Shown one piece after another: positions 55,477 through 64,000 of a stretch of DNA of 64,000 nt. Made by a program: the position numbers and the translations under genes. Source of the DNA: Patescibacteria group bacterium (lineage in GTDB: Bacteria > Patescibacteriota > Patescibacteriia > UBA9934); assembly GCA_041660165.1 (NCBI GenBank), contig JBAZWW010000004.1, positions 14,839 to 78,838 of the forward strand. The letters run 5' to 3'. Positions within the stretch are counted from its first letter, which is position 1. Every line of letters starts with the position of its first letter. The notes below the pieces were generated by a model. It saw only the letters and a list, made by a program, of their open reading frames with translations, made no database searches and was not told where the DNA came from.

Positions 55477-56805
55477 GTGACCATGTACGCCGAGACCGAG
55501 ACCGTTGATACCCGCTCCAGGTTGGCTGACACCTGTCTGCCAATCGTGAATTCTGTCCTGGCCTTTGCCATGGACCCAACCAAACATGAATGGTCGCCGG
55601 AAAACTGTGCGATCATGCCCGGAAACACTTACCGGGTGGTGACCGGCGGAATCCTCATCGTGGACTCCTGTCCGTCCGGCGTGCTTCCTACGGGGGCGCT
55701 CATCCTGGAGGACCGGCTTCGTTCCAACGAGTGGAGTGCCTACTGTCTGGAGCACAACCTGCCCGGCAAAGGCGCCGGCTTCGGGAACGTCCACCGGCAG
55801 GGTTTGCTGTCGCTTGGACGGGCGCTCCAGCACATCGGTGAAAAGGGACTCGATCGCTTGGCCCACAACGTGCAGGTGGCCGAGCGCTTGATGAATACTT
55901 TTCTCATGGAATCGTACACGCTCGACACGACCTCGCGAGAAGGAGTGTCGGACTTTGAAGCCAACCTGCTGAAGGTGGCCGATCTGTTCGAAACGCGGGG
56001 CAACGTGCTCAAACAGCGCATCCGCGAATACATCCAGAGGATGATCATCCGGGACATTCTCGATCGAACGAACGTGGAACGTCTTCCGCTCATGTTCATG
56101 AAAGCCACCCGCTTCATCCAGGAGCTCAAGCATATGCTAGCGCACTGGGAATCGGAGGTGGACGAACGCCGGGATGCCGTGGCGGACCTGAATGACGCAC
56201 TCCTCATGCGAGCGCGAGACTACCGCATCATCGCCTGTCAGGCCAGGAACTCTCACGCGCTCCTTGTGGACGAGGGGCAAGTGGCCAACAAGGACAACGC
56301 CGTGCTTGCCTGGCCCCACTACCGTGACGCACTGAATGATACGCTCGCAGAACCCTACGCAGGCTGGTTTCACCGCATGGGCAAGCACTACGGCCTGGCC
56401 ATTGAAGCGCTCAGTCTGCACGACATGTCCGGACTGCCCGCCACGCGCCACATGCTGGAAGTAGTGGACGCTTCAGGACGCGTCCCTGACGTCATGAACA
56501 TGATTGATGCCGTCACGCTTGAGGCGTCTCGCGCCCGAGATTCCAACGAGCCGTTCAGCATCCCCGCCCGTACGGCGCTGGCCCACGCGTTGGGAGAGGC
56601 ACGACACACGCTCGGAAGCGTGGAGGACGTCCTCAAGACGTACGACGCGTCCTTCGACAGGACAAAGCTGTGGGAAGTCACGTCTTCCGTGTCGGAAGCC
56701 CAAAAGATCTTGAACCCGCTCAATGACGTCGCGCCAAGCGAAAACAACGTCAATACGGCGTACGAGTATCTGATCCACGCCAACAACTGCCTCCGCACCT
56801 GCTAG
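55477..56805 (+). CDS. hypothetical protein (high-GC, 442 aa)
   Basis: Long ORF with protein-like composition and no recognised domain; followed by a strong terminator. Confidence 0.5.
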   Translation: MTMYAETETVDTRSRLADTCLPIVNSVLAFAMDPTKHEWSPENCAIMPGNTYRVVTGGILIVDSCPSGVLPTGALILEDRLRSNEWSAYCLEHNLPGKGAGFGNVHRQGLLSLGRALQHIGEKGLDRLAHNVQVAERLMNTFLMESYTLDTTSREGVSDFEANLLKVADLFETRGNVLKQRIREYIQRMIIRDILDRTNVERLPLMFMKATRFIQELKHMLAHWESEVDERRDAVADLNDALLMRARDYRIIACQARNSHALLVDEGQVANKDNAVLAWPHYRDALNDTLAEPYAGWFHRMGKHYGLAIEALSLHDMSGLPATRHMLEVVDASGRVPDVMNMIDAVTLEASRARDSNEPFSIPARTALAHALGEARHTLGSVEDVLKTYDASFDRTKLWEVTSSVSEAQKILNPLNDVAPSENNVNTAYEYLIHANNCLRTC

Positions 56806-56825
56806 ACCAGGCGCCGGGCGCATAG

Positions 56826-56866
56826 CCGAAGAGCCGACCCATTGGGCCGGCTCTTTTTCATATCAG
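56826..56866. terminator. bidirectional intrinsic terminator
   Basis: gaagagccgacccattgggccggctctttttc (stem gagccg…ggctc plus T-run), between convergent 55477-56805 (+) and gyrA (-). Confidence 0.6.
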
Positions 56867-56882
56867 GTGCGAATTCCTCTCC

Positions 56883-59369
56883 CTACTCGTCCTTCTCCCC
56901 CTCCACAATCGTCGCCGTGGCTACCTTGTCAGCCGGCGTCTTGAATCTCATCACCTTCACGCCCTGTGTCGGTCTACCGAGGATCGAAACACTGTTCACC
57001 GGCGTACGGATAATCTGTCCGCCGACTGACACAACGAGCAGATCTCTATCATCTTTTTCTTTTACTAAGTGAGCAGCTACAAGCTTGCCCGTTTTCGGCG
57101 TAATCTGGGCGGTCTTGATGCCCATGCCTCCACGGCCCTGGAGCGTGTATTCCTCAACGTCTGTTCTCTTGCCGTAACCGTTCTCCATGATGTTCAAGAG
57201 CAATCGGCCTTCCTTCAGCTGATCAGGCGAAATCACATCCATGCCAATCACTTCGTCCGTTCCCTTGAGCTTGATTCCTCGGACACCGGCCGCTAAGCGT
57301 CCCATTGATCGGACATCATCTTCGTCGAATCTGATGGACATGCCATTGTTTGTAACGAGCATGATCTGATCCTTGCCCATGGATGTTTTCACCCACTGCA
57401 AGCTATCGCCGTCATTCAATTTGATAGCGATCAAACCGGACCGGCGGACGTTTTCAAAATCGTCAATCGAGGTCTTCTTGATCGTCCCCTTAGTCGTCAC
57501 CATCACGATGTATTTCTTTTTGTCTTTCTTGAGATCGCCGGTCAGTACTGCTGTCGTCTTCTCGCCAGGACCAAGCTCAAGGAAATTGACGATCGCTTGT
57601 CCCTTGGCCGTCCTCGACGCTTCAGGAATATCGTAAGCCTTCAAACGGAAGACCCGGCCTCTCGACGTGAAGAACATCATGTCTTCATGAGTGCTGGTCG
57701 AAAATAGCGACTCGACTGAATCTTCCTCTTTCGTCGTTAAGCCGATCACGCCCTTACCTCCGCGTCCCTGTTGAGTGAAAGCGTCTGGTGAAACGCGCTT
57801 GATGTAGCCGTCCTTCGTCATCAAGACGACAGTCTGAACGTCAGGGATCAAGTCCTCCATCGAAAACTCTTTAACACCCGACTTGATGATCTTGGTCCGG
57901 CGCTTATCACCGTATTTCTTGGACAGCTCGACAATTTCATCTTTAATAACCGTCATCATCTTTTTGTCAGAGGCCAAAATCGCTTCCAGCTCCTCCATGA
58001 TCTTAGTCTTCTCCTTGTGCTCTTCCTCAATGCGAATTCTTTCGAGGTTCGCGAGGGACTGCAAACGCATTTCGAGAATCGCGATAGCTTGTCTCTCCGT
58101 CATCTTAAAGCGCTTCATCAAGTTCACCCTAGCCTCGTCCTTGTCAGCCGACTTCTTGATCGTCTTAATCACCTCGTCGATATTTTCGAGCGCAATAATC
58201 AAACCGTCCAAAATATGGAGGCGGTCCTTGATTTTGTCGAGTTCAAACTGCGTCCGGCGCTTCACCACTACCCGGCGGTGCTTGATGTGTTCTTCGAGTA
58301 TTTGCTTGAGGTTCAAAATCCTCGGCTGAAGTCCATCAATCAACGCCAGCATGTTGTAGTGGAACGAAGTCTGAAGGGACGTCATCTGATACAGCTGGTT
58401 CAGGACTTTTCGAGGATATGAGTCCTTCTTGAGCTCGATCACAATCCGCACGCCTTCCTTGTTCGATTCGTCGCGCAGGTCGCGAATGCCCTCAATCTTC
58501 TTCTCGCGCACGAGGTCCGCCATCTTTTCAATCAGCGTAGACTTGTTCACCATGTACGGAATCTCCGTCACGACAATCATGCTGGAGTCCTTCTTGCCCT
58601 CAACAATTTCAGCCACGGCCCTACAAACCACGCCTCCTTTACCCGTCGAGTAAGCCGCTTTCAAATCATTCGCCCCGTACACAATTCCACCCGTTGGAAA
58701 ATCAGGACCAGGAATGTACTCGAGTAATTCTTCAACCGTCAGATCGGGCTTCTCAATGAGGGCGAGCACGCCATCGCACACCTCCTTCACGTTATGTGGA
58801 GGAAGGTTTGTAGCCATACCAACAGCAATGCCAAGCATGCCGTTAACGAGGAGGTTCGGCAGTTTGGTTGGCAAAACAGCCGGCTCTTCATGTGAGCCAT
58901 CGTAGTTTGGGCGGAAATCAACCGTGTCCTTTTCAATGTCCGTTAATAGCTCCTCGGAAATACTCGACAATTTTGCTTCCGTATAACGCATGGCGGCCGC
59001 GCTGTCACCGTCCATGGAGCCAAAGTTTCCTTGGCCGTGGACGAGCGGATAACGATAGGAAAAATCCTGCGCCATGCGCACCATGGATTCATAAATGGCG
59101 CTATCGCCGTGCGGGTGATACTTGGCCATCACTTCTCCAACCACGTTGGCAGACTTGCGGAAACGCGCCGTTGGGCGCAAGCCAATAGACCACATGGCGT
59201 AGAGAATACGGCGATGAACGGGCTTCAAACCATCACGCACGTCAGGCAAAGCGCGCGAAACAATGACGCTCATGGCGTAATCCAGGTAGCACCGGCGCAT
59301 CTCTTCCGTGATGTTCTGGTTAATGATGGTGCCAATCGGCATCAGGCTCTTTTCTTCTTCTTTGGGCAT
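56883..59369 (-). CDS. gyrA: DNA gyrase subunit A
   Basis: …[32 protein letters not shown]… with the catalytic Tyr region and a C-terminal beta-pinwheel. The start is ambiguous (59369 or 59342). Confidence 0.93.
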   Translation of the reverse strand: MPKEEEKSLMPIGTIINQNITEEMRRCYLDYAMSVIVSRALPDVRDGLKPVHRRILYAMWSIGLRPTARFRKSANVVGEVMAKYHPHGDSAIYESMVRMAQDFSYRYPLVHGQGNFGSMDGDSAAAMRYTEAKLSSISEELLTDIEKDTVDFRPNYDGSHEEPAVLPTKLPNLLVNGMLGIAVGMATNLPPHNVKEVCDGVLALIEKPDLTVEELLEYIPGPDFPTGGIVYGANDLKAAYSTGKGGVVCRAVAEIVEGKKDSSMIVVTEIPYMVNKSTLIEKMADLVREKKIEGIRDLRDESNKEGVRIVIELKKDSYPRKVLNQLYQMTSLQTSFHYNMLALIDGLQPRILNLKQILEEHIKHRRVVVKRRTQFELDKIKDRLHILDGLIIALENIDEVIKTIKKSADKDEARVNLMKRFKMTERQAIAILEMRLQSLANLERIRIEEEHKEKTKIMEELEAILASDKKMMTVIKDEIVELSKKYGDKRRTKIIKSGVKEFSMEDLIPDVQTVVLMTKDGYIKRVSPDAFTQQGRGGKGVIGLTTKEEDSVESLFSTSTHEDMMFFTSRGRVFRLKAYDIPEASRTAKGQAIVNFLELGPGEKTTAVLTGDLKKDKKKYIVMVTTKGTIKKTSIDDFENVRRSGLIAIKLNDGDSLQWVKTSMGKDQIMLVTNNGMSIRFDEDDVRSMGRLAAGVRGIKLKGTDEVIGMDVISPDQLKEGRLLLNIMENGYGKRTDVEEYTLQGRGGMGIKTAQITPKTGKLVAAHLVKEKDDRDLLVVSVGGQIIRTPVNSVSILGRPTQGVKVMRFKTPADKVATATIVEGEKDE

Positions 59370-59456
59370 ACGTGATTTCCTGGCAAAGTATTCTGACCCT
59401 GACGATAGGAAGGGTCTAGATGTGAGATATTGAACCAATACGCTCAGGATCAACCA

Positions 59457-59753
59457 CTACGGTTTTACAGAGGCATCCTGAATCAATTTCTTCAATTTAT
59501 CAACTGACGTATCCGCAGGAGTCTGAGTGGCCACTCCACCCACCTGGGGGGAGGCTAAAAGGGGGGAATCGAACTGCGTGCGCATATTCGTCAGATCACT
59601 CTTCACTGACACAAGCGCTCTGGCAGACAGCGTAGTCTTCAGCTGGCCGAGCATGATCAGCCCCGTGATGGCCAGTCCGCCAACGAACACGGCCACCAGC
59701 CGTTCCCGTCCCCGCGGTATCTTACGTTTGATAATGAGTCTGTGTCCCTCCAT
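59457..59753 (-). CDS. hypothetical membrane-anchored protein
   Basis: 98 aa with one transmembrane helix; stop 4 nt from the gyrA start. Confidence 0.35.
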   Translation of the reverse strand: MEGHRLIIKRKIPRGRERLVAVFVGGLAITGLIMLGQLKTTLSARALVSVKSDLTNMRTQFDSPLLASPQVGGVATQTPADTSVDKLKKLIQDASVKP

Positions 59754-59762
59754 ATGGCTCGA

Positions 59763-60401
59763 TTATTTTGTAAATGTTACGAGCTTCATATCTTCCTCCG
59801 GCAAGCCCGCCTTCACTATCTTGAACTTGCTCACTTCCTCTGTCGGGCCAGACAGCTCGCGCTTAATAGCGTCAGCAGTGCCATAGCCATCCTCGCCATT
59901 CGCATACGACGGGATGACAATCCTCGGCTCAATCTGCGAAACAATCTCCGTGGCCTGTGAGGCGGTCAGTACGCCATTACCGCCAGCGGGAAGAATCAAG
60001 ACATCAATCGGTCCAAGGGCATCAATTTCCTTCTCTGTCAGACCCCGATCGAGAGCACCGAGGTATCCGATATGAATCCCCTCGCAATCAAAGCGGTAGA
60101 TAGCATGGGGTGTGCCATCTTTCTTTGGCGCATCAATGCCCGTCACAAAAACCCCGCGTACTTCATACTCCCCCGCATGAGACACCGGGAACACTTGCTG
60201 ACCCTCATCCGGGTGCTCTGGCGAAATATCCTTAAAGTTATTCGCGTCTTTCCCGTCATGGCTAGAAACCACAAGCGAAGCCGCCACGGACTTGAATTTT
60301 ACACTCGGCGAAACAAAAGGATTAGTCACGAGCGTTACATCCGCCTGCGCCGGTTTGAACGTAAACGTAAAACTTCCGAATCCATTATAAGCAATCTGCA
60401 T
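59763..60401 (-). CDS. metallo-beta-lactamase-fold hydrolase (tentative)
   Basis: 212 aa with …LVVSSHDGKDAN… and …DVLILPAGG… segments reminiscent of MBL-fold/UlaG-like hydrolases; the canonical HxHxDH motif is not intact. Confidence 0.45.
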   Translation of the reverse strand: MQIAYNGFGSFTFTFKPAQADVTLVTNPFVSPSVKFKSVAASLVVSSHDGKDANNFKDISPEHPDEGQQVFPVSHAGEYEVRGVFVTGIDAPKKDGTPHAIYRFDCEGIHIGYLGALDRGLTEKEIDALGPIDVLILPAGGNGVLTASQATEIVSQIEPRIVIPSYANGEDGYGTADAIKRELSGPTEEVSKFKIVKAGLPEEDMKLVTFTK

Positions 60402-60512
60402 AGAGGAGAATTCGGGTATAGATTAACACGAATCCCCCGCCACGCAAAGCGCAGACGGGGGATGATTCGATCGAACGAATTTACGGTGCGTCGGTGATAT
60501 AATTTATACAAT

Positions 60513-60818
60513 ATGGAAAATATACTTGTTGCTCTTTTGCTCTTCGCGTACGGATTCGTACTCCTTATGCCCGTATATGCATTAAGTGACTACTTAAAAC
60601 GACGGGCAGAAAAAACGCTAGGATTTAAATTAAAGACGTTTGGCAGAAGCTACCTGGTCTGGGCTCCTGAAAGTTACAAAGTAAACGCAAGCCAGCGTCA
60701 CGCGGCGTGGAAACTGAATCTGAAATATCTCGCCATAACAGTTCCAGCACTATTTGTCTGGCTTGTTATTTCGCTATATGGCTTTTCTTGGGTCATCTTC
60801 AAAATATTCGGACCATAA
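60513..60818 (+). CDS. small membrane protein
   Basis: 101 aa with two transmembrane helices. Confidence 0.35.
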   Translation: MENILVALLLFAYGFVLLMPVYALSDYLKRRAEKTLGFKLKTFGRSYLVWAPESYKVNASQRHAAWKLNLKYLAITVPALFVWLVISLYGFSWVIFKIFGP

Positions 60819-61221
60819 ATAAATTATAACAGTCGGTGTGGATAAATATTGACCAAACTGCCAGTATTCTGGTATTTTAATGAAGGAATTGCCCCGTATC
60901 CAAACTGTGGCGTTTATCGCCGCTTTCCCGAAAGGGATAGGATGCGAGGTTGCGGAAATCAGAAAATATGCTATACTCTAGCTACATTCGGGATTTTCCC
61001 GCGGCCCCGTCCTCGCAAGAGGGCGGGGAACATGTTTTTAAAGGGAATAGAGCTTTCTAAAACCCTCCTTAACCTTTTGGAAATCGCTGTCATCAAGTGA
61101 CCCCATTTTTGAAGAAAGCCTCCTGTAATCAATGGTTCGTAACTGGTGGAGACAAACGTTCGTCATAATTCCCTTTGCTTTTGCATAGCCTCCATCTCTA
61201 AACACTTCCTCACGTCATGGC

Positions 61222-61944
61222 CTAAATGCCATCTTCTGTAGCAACTTCCCCCTCCGGGTGCTCTTCAAACACGCCGGTCCAGTTTGCGATCTCTTGCTTG
61301 ACCTCTTCTTCAGATGGATCTCTTTCCACAATTGACCAGCCTTCTTCAAATTCATCCGCCTTGCCGATAATTTCTGAGCGCCACTTTTCATCACGGTCAG
61401 CCATGGAACGAAGCTGGTCGATCAATCCCTGAATGCGTTCTTCATCCTTTCTGTGAATGGCCACAAGGTCATCAAATTTTTGCTGACGCTCATGGGCGCG
61501 CTCATCGCACTGCTTACCAACCACATCATGTGCGTCAAGGATCGCAGTTTCTACCCGATAGCGTTCCTCCCCCGTCAGATCCTTCTCGAACAACTTGCTC
61601 TTAGCGTAGTCAGTAATATGAACACCGTTCTGGAGAGCCGGTTTAATTTTGTCGAGTAATGGAGCGTCGAGTTTAGTGATCACGGCTTCGTTCAGGCGCT
61701 TCTCCTCATCACTAGCGCACAATTCCTCATACGCCTTCCGGTACGGATATTCCTTTCGGCCAATGTAAATAAGCGCCTGGATGATTTGGCGTTCCGTAGC
61801 GCTTTCATTCGCTAGGAGCTCGTCATAAAGCTTCTTAGCCTCATCAATCACCTCATTTGGAGTTAACGGAACAAGTTTTTCAATAGAAAGCTTGTATTCC
61901 TGCAATAAATACTCGTGCGGATGGGCCATAAACACAATTGACAT
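61222..61944 (-). CDS. hypothetical acidic/coiled-coil protein
   Basis: 240 aa, E/K-rich, no recognised domain. Confidence 0.45.
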   Translation of the reverse strand: MSIVFMAHPHEYLLQEYKLSIEKLVPLTPNEVIDEAKKLYDELLANESATERQIIQALIYIGRKEYPYRKAYEELCASDEEKRLNEAVITKLDAPLLDKIKPALQNGVHITDYAKSKLFEKDLTGEERYRVETAILDAHDVVGKQCDERAHERQQKFDDLVAIHRKDEERIQGLIDQLRSMADRDEKWRSEIIGKADEFEEGWSIVERDPSEEEVKQEIANWTGVFEEHPEGEVATEDGI

Positions 61945-62015
61945 GAAGTTAGAAAAAGTATAACCTTCCGAAGCTTCTTAATCTTAGCACCTGGAGAGCG
62001 AAAGGGCTCAGGCTC

Positions 62016-63197
62016 TTGTCCCCCGCCAGGAATATCACTATGTCAACGGAATCTTTGCAGAAACTTTTAGATGAGGGCGGGTATTTTTCCATCCCGAAGA
62101 AGGGAGATTTAGTTAAAGGCAAGGTTCTATCTACCAAGAGCCGTCAGATTCGCTTGGACTTGAACGGCCTCATGGTAGGCGTGGTCCGCGGACGCGAGCT
62201 GTACTCTGAAGCCGATTTTTACAAGAACTTGAAAGTGGGTGATGAAGTGGAATCTACCGTAGTTGATCTTGAAAATGAAAACGGTGAGGTAGAGCTCTCC
62301 TTCCGCCACGCTGGCCAGAAGCGTGCTTGGGCTGATCTTTCAGACATGAGCAAGAAAGGTGATGCGATTGCCGTTCGCGTACTTGACGCTAACAAGGGCG
62401 GTTTGATTGTAAAGGTTGGCCACGTGCAGGGCTTCTTGCCAGTTTCTCAGCTGGCCCCAGAACATTATCCGCGCGTCATGGGCGGAGATAAGATCAAAAT
62501 CCTGGAAAAACTCAAGAGCTACGTTGGTCTGGATTTCCGCGTCAAAGTGCTTGACGTTGAGGAAGGTGATGACAAGCTCATCGTTTCTGAAAAGGCCGTT
62601 TGGGAGGATGAACAGAAGAACATTATTGCCCAGTGCAAAATTGGCGATGTGATTGCCGGAGACGTTTCTGCCGTGGCTGACTTTGGTGCCTTCGTAAAGT
62701 TCTTCCCAACCGGTACCAACGTTCCGCTTGAAGGACTTGTCCATATTTCTGAAATCGCTTGGCAGAGAATTGATCACCCGCGCGATGTCCTCAAGATTGC
62801 GGATCATGTTCGGGCAGAAATCATCGGCATTGAGGGCAGTAAGATTTTCCTCTCCATGAAAAAGCTCACAGAGGATCCGTGGAAGGATGTTGCTCGCCGT
62901 TACAAGATTGGCGATTGGGTGGAAGGCAAGATTGTGAAGGTTAATCCGTTCGGCTTCTTCGTTGAACTCGATCAGGATATCCAAGGCCTGGCCCACGTAT
63001 CCGAGCTGTCTGATAAGGCCGTTGAGGATCCGTCTACGCTCGCCAAAATTGGCGACACCATGAAGTTCCGCGTAGTCTCCATTGAACCAAACGAACATCG
63101 CCTTGGCCTGTCGCTCCGCAAGGAAGACGCCAAACCCAAGGAAGAGAAAGTCGTCGAAAAAATAGAAGAAAAGACCGAGGAAACTAAAGCCGAGTAA
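62016..63197 (+). CDS. rpsA: 30S ribosomal protein S1 (four S1 domains)
   Basis: Repeated S1 OB-fold modules (…[10 protein letters not shown]…, …[10 protein letters not shown]…, …[18 protein letters not shown]…, …[18 protein letters not shown]…). Confidence 0.85.
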   Translation: MSPARNITMSTESLQKLLDEGGYFSIPKKGDLVKGKVLSTKSRQIRLDLNGLMVGVVRGRELYSEADFYKNLKVGDEVESTVVDLENENGEVELSFRHAGQKRAWADLSDMSKKGDAIAVRVLDANKGGLIVKVGHVQGFLPVSQLAPEHYPRVMGGDKIKILEKLKSYVGLDFRVKVLDVEEGDDKLIVSEKAVWEDEQKNIIAQCKIGDVIAGDVSAVADFGAFVKFFPTGTNVPLEGLVHISEIAWQRIDHPRDVLKIADHVRAEIIGIEGSKIFLSMKKLTEDPWKDVARRYKIGDWVEGKIVKVNPFGFFVELDQDIQGLAHVSELSDKAVEDPSTLAKIGDTMKFRVVSIEPNEHRLGLSLRKEDAKPKEEKVVEKIEEKTEETKAE

Positions 63198-63246
63198 CCA
63201 AAAAAGAACGGGTCCGAAAGGGTCCGTTCTTTGGCAATATCTCCCT

Positions 63247-64000
63247 ATGAAGCCTCTCTCAAAAAACATCATTTTCTTTCTCATCGTCATGCTGTTGATC
63301 GGCGTTGTTTTTTCGAGCATCAAAACCACCAAGGTCCCAGCGCCCGAAGAAATTGGCGTCTCAACGTTTGTGGAAAAAGTGAAAACCGGCGAGATCTCAA
63401 AACTCGAAATCACGGAGAATACGCTGACCGGCTTTCATGAAGATAAGCCCGTCTTCACCGCTAAGAAAGAAGGAAGCGAATCTGTTTCCACACTCCTCAC
63501 ACAGTACGGCCTCTCACCAGACGAGCTCAGCAAGCTGAACATCAGCGTGAAATCCCCGTCCGCCGGCGTTACGTTTGTACGGAGCATGTTGCCCACACTC
63601 TTGTTCGTAGTTGGCTTATCCATCGCGCTCTGGTTCTTCATGCGCCAGATGCAAGGCTCAAACAACAAGGCGCTCATGTTTGGCCAATCGAACGCGCGCG
63701 AAGTTGATAACAAGAAAAACAAGGTTACTTTTGGTGATGTAGCTGGCAACACGGAAGCCAAAGAAGAGCTATCAGAAATTGTCGAGTTCCTAAAAACCCC
63801 CAAGAAGTTCGTGGACCTTGGAGCCAAGATTCCCAAAGGCGTTTTGCTCATGGGTCCGCCAGGAACAGGTAAAACGCTCATTGCCCGCGCCGTTGCGGGC
63901 GAGGCCAATGCCCCGTTCTTTCACATCAGCGGTTCCGAGTTCGTTGAGATGTTTGTCGGTGTAGGTGCGTCGAGGGTTCGCGATCTTTTCGCCAAGGCCA
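63247..64000 (+). CDS. ftsH: ATP-dependent zinc metalloprotease FtsH (N-terminal part; continues beyond window)
   Basis: Two transmembrane helices, then AAA+ Walker [24 protein letters not shown]; open at the window end. Confidence 0.9.
   Translation, partial: MKPLSKNIIFFLIVMLLIGVVFSSIKTTKVPAPEEIGVSTFVEKVKTGEISKLEITENTLTGFHEDKPVFTAKKEGSESVSTLLTQYGLSPDELSKLNISVKSPSAGVTFVRSMLPTLLFVVGLSIALWFFMRQMQGSNNKALMFGQSNAREVDNKKNKVTFGDVAGNTEAKEELSEIVEFLKTPKKFVDLGAKIPKGVLLMGPPGTGKTLIARAVAGEANAPFFHISGSEFVEMFVGVGASRVRDLFAKA

Noticed and set aside
55447-56133. 228-aa minus-strand ORF overlapping the 55477-56805 gene
   Set aside because: Shorter than, and wholly contained within, the longer plus-strand ORF, and it overlaps the rpmF promoter region. 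Probably antisense to a GC-rich gene, though it cannot be fully excluded.
60849-61221. 373-bp gap without a credible ORF
   Set aside because: It contains only an 83-aa junk ORF. It may hold a promoter or small RNA, but I see no tRNA or riboswitch signature.
1-64000. CRISPR arrays, rRNA genes, transposases/integrases
   Set aside because: I found no regularly spaced direct repeats with unique spacers, no 16S/23S/5S-like sequence, and no transposase- or integrase-like ORF. The only retroelement is the DGR RT.

Overview
This 64 kb window is a chromosomal segment dominated by minus-strand housekeeping genes. These are rpsL-rpsG-fusA, a site-2 protease, murA, ndk, a split comEC, leuS, a Glu/Leu-family dehydrogenase, an rsmB-like methyltransferase, rarA, plsC, trxB, trxA, infB, fpg, adk, truB, rny, hup, proS, tRNA-Lys, tRNA-Arg, rnc, nusB, rpmF, gyrA, rpsA and ftsH. 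I see no rRNA gene and no CRISPR array. The compact gene set, the very large secreted repeat proteins and a diversity-generating retroelement are consistent with a small-genome uncultivated bacterium, possibly from the Candidate Phyla Radiation (CPR/Patescibacteria). That placement is inference only. The main non-core element is a complete diversity-generating retroelement (DGR) at about 41.6-44.2 kb. It has a reverse transcriptase with the DGR-type LGNLTSQ motif, and a 131 bp template repeat (TR) and variable repeat (VR) that differ at 23 positions, every one an adenine in the TR. It also has a 226-aa target protein, a near-perfect cruciform 3' of the VR, and an avd gene on the opposite strand that is interrupted by an 11-C homopolymer. 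The DGR is a known system class. I did not identify any system I could call undescribed. Other notable items are listed below.
- A 31-nt palindromic element, GGGGTCGAnACnTnGnTCGACCCCTACGGC, occurs four times. Three copies sit in-frame inside leuS (twice) and truB.
- A cohesin/dockerin-like surface-protein cluster lies next to tandem paralogous secreted proteins.
- Two giant secreted proteins of 1346 and 1483 aa are present.
- Several high-GC genes with no recognisable function are embedded in the roughly 50% GC backbone, and an AT-rich NYN-nuclease gene lies between trxB and trxA.
- Small intergenic repeat families and several clear intrinsic terminators are present.
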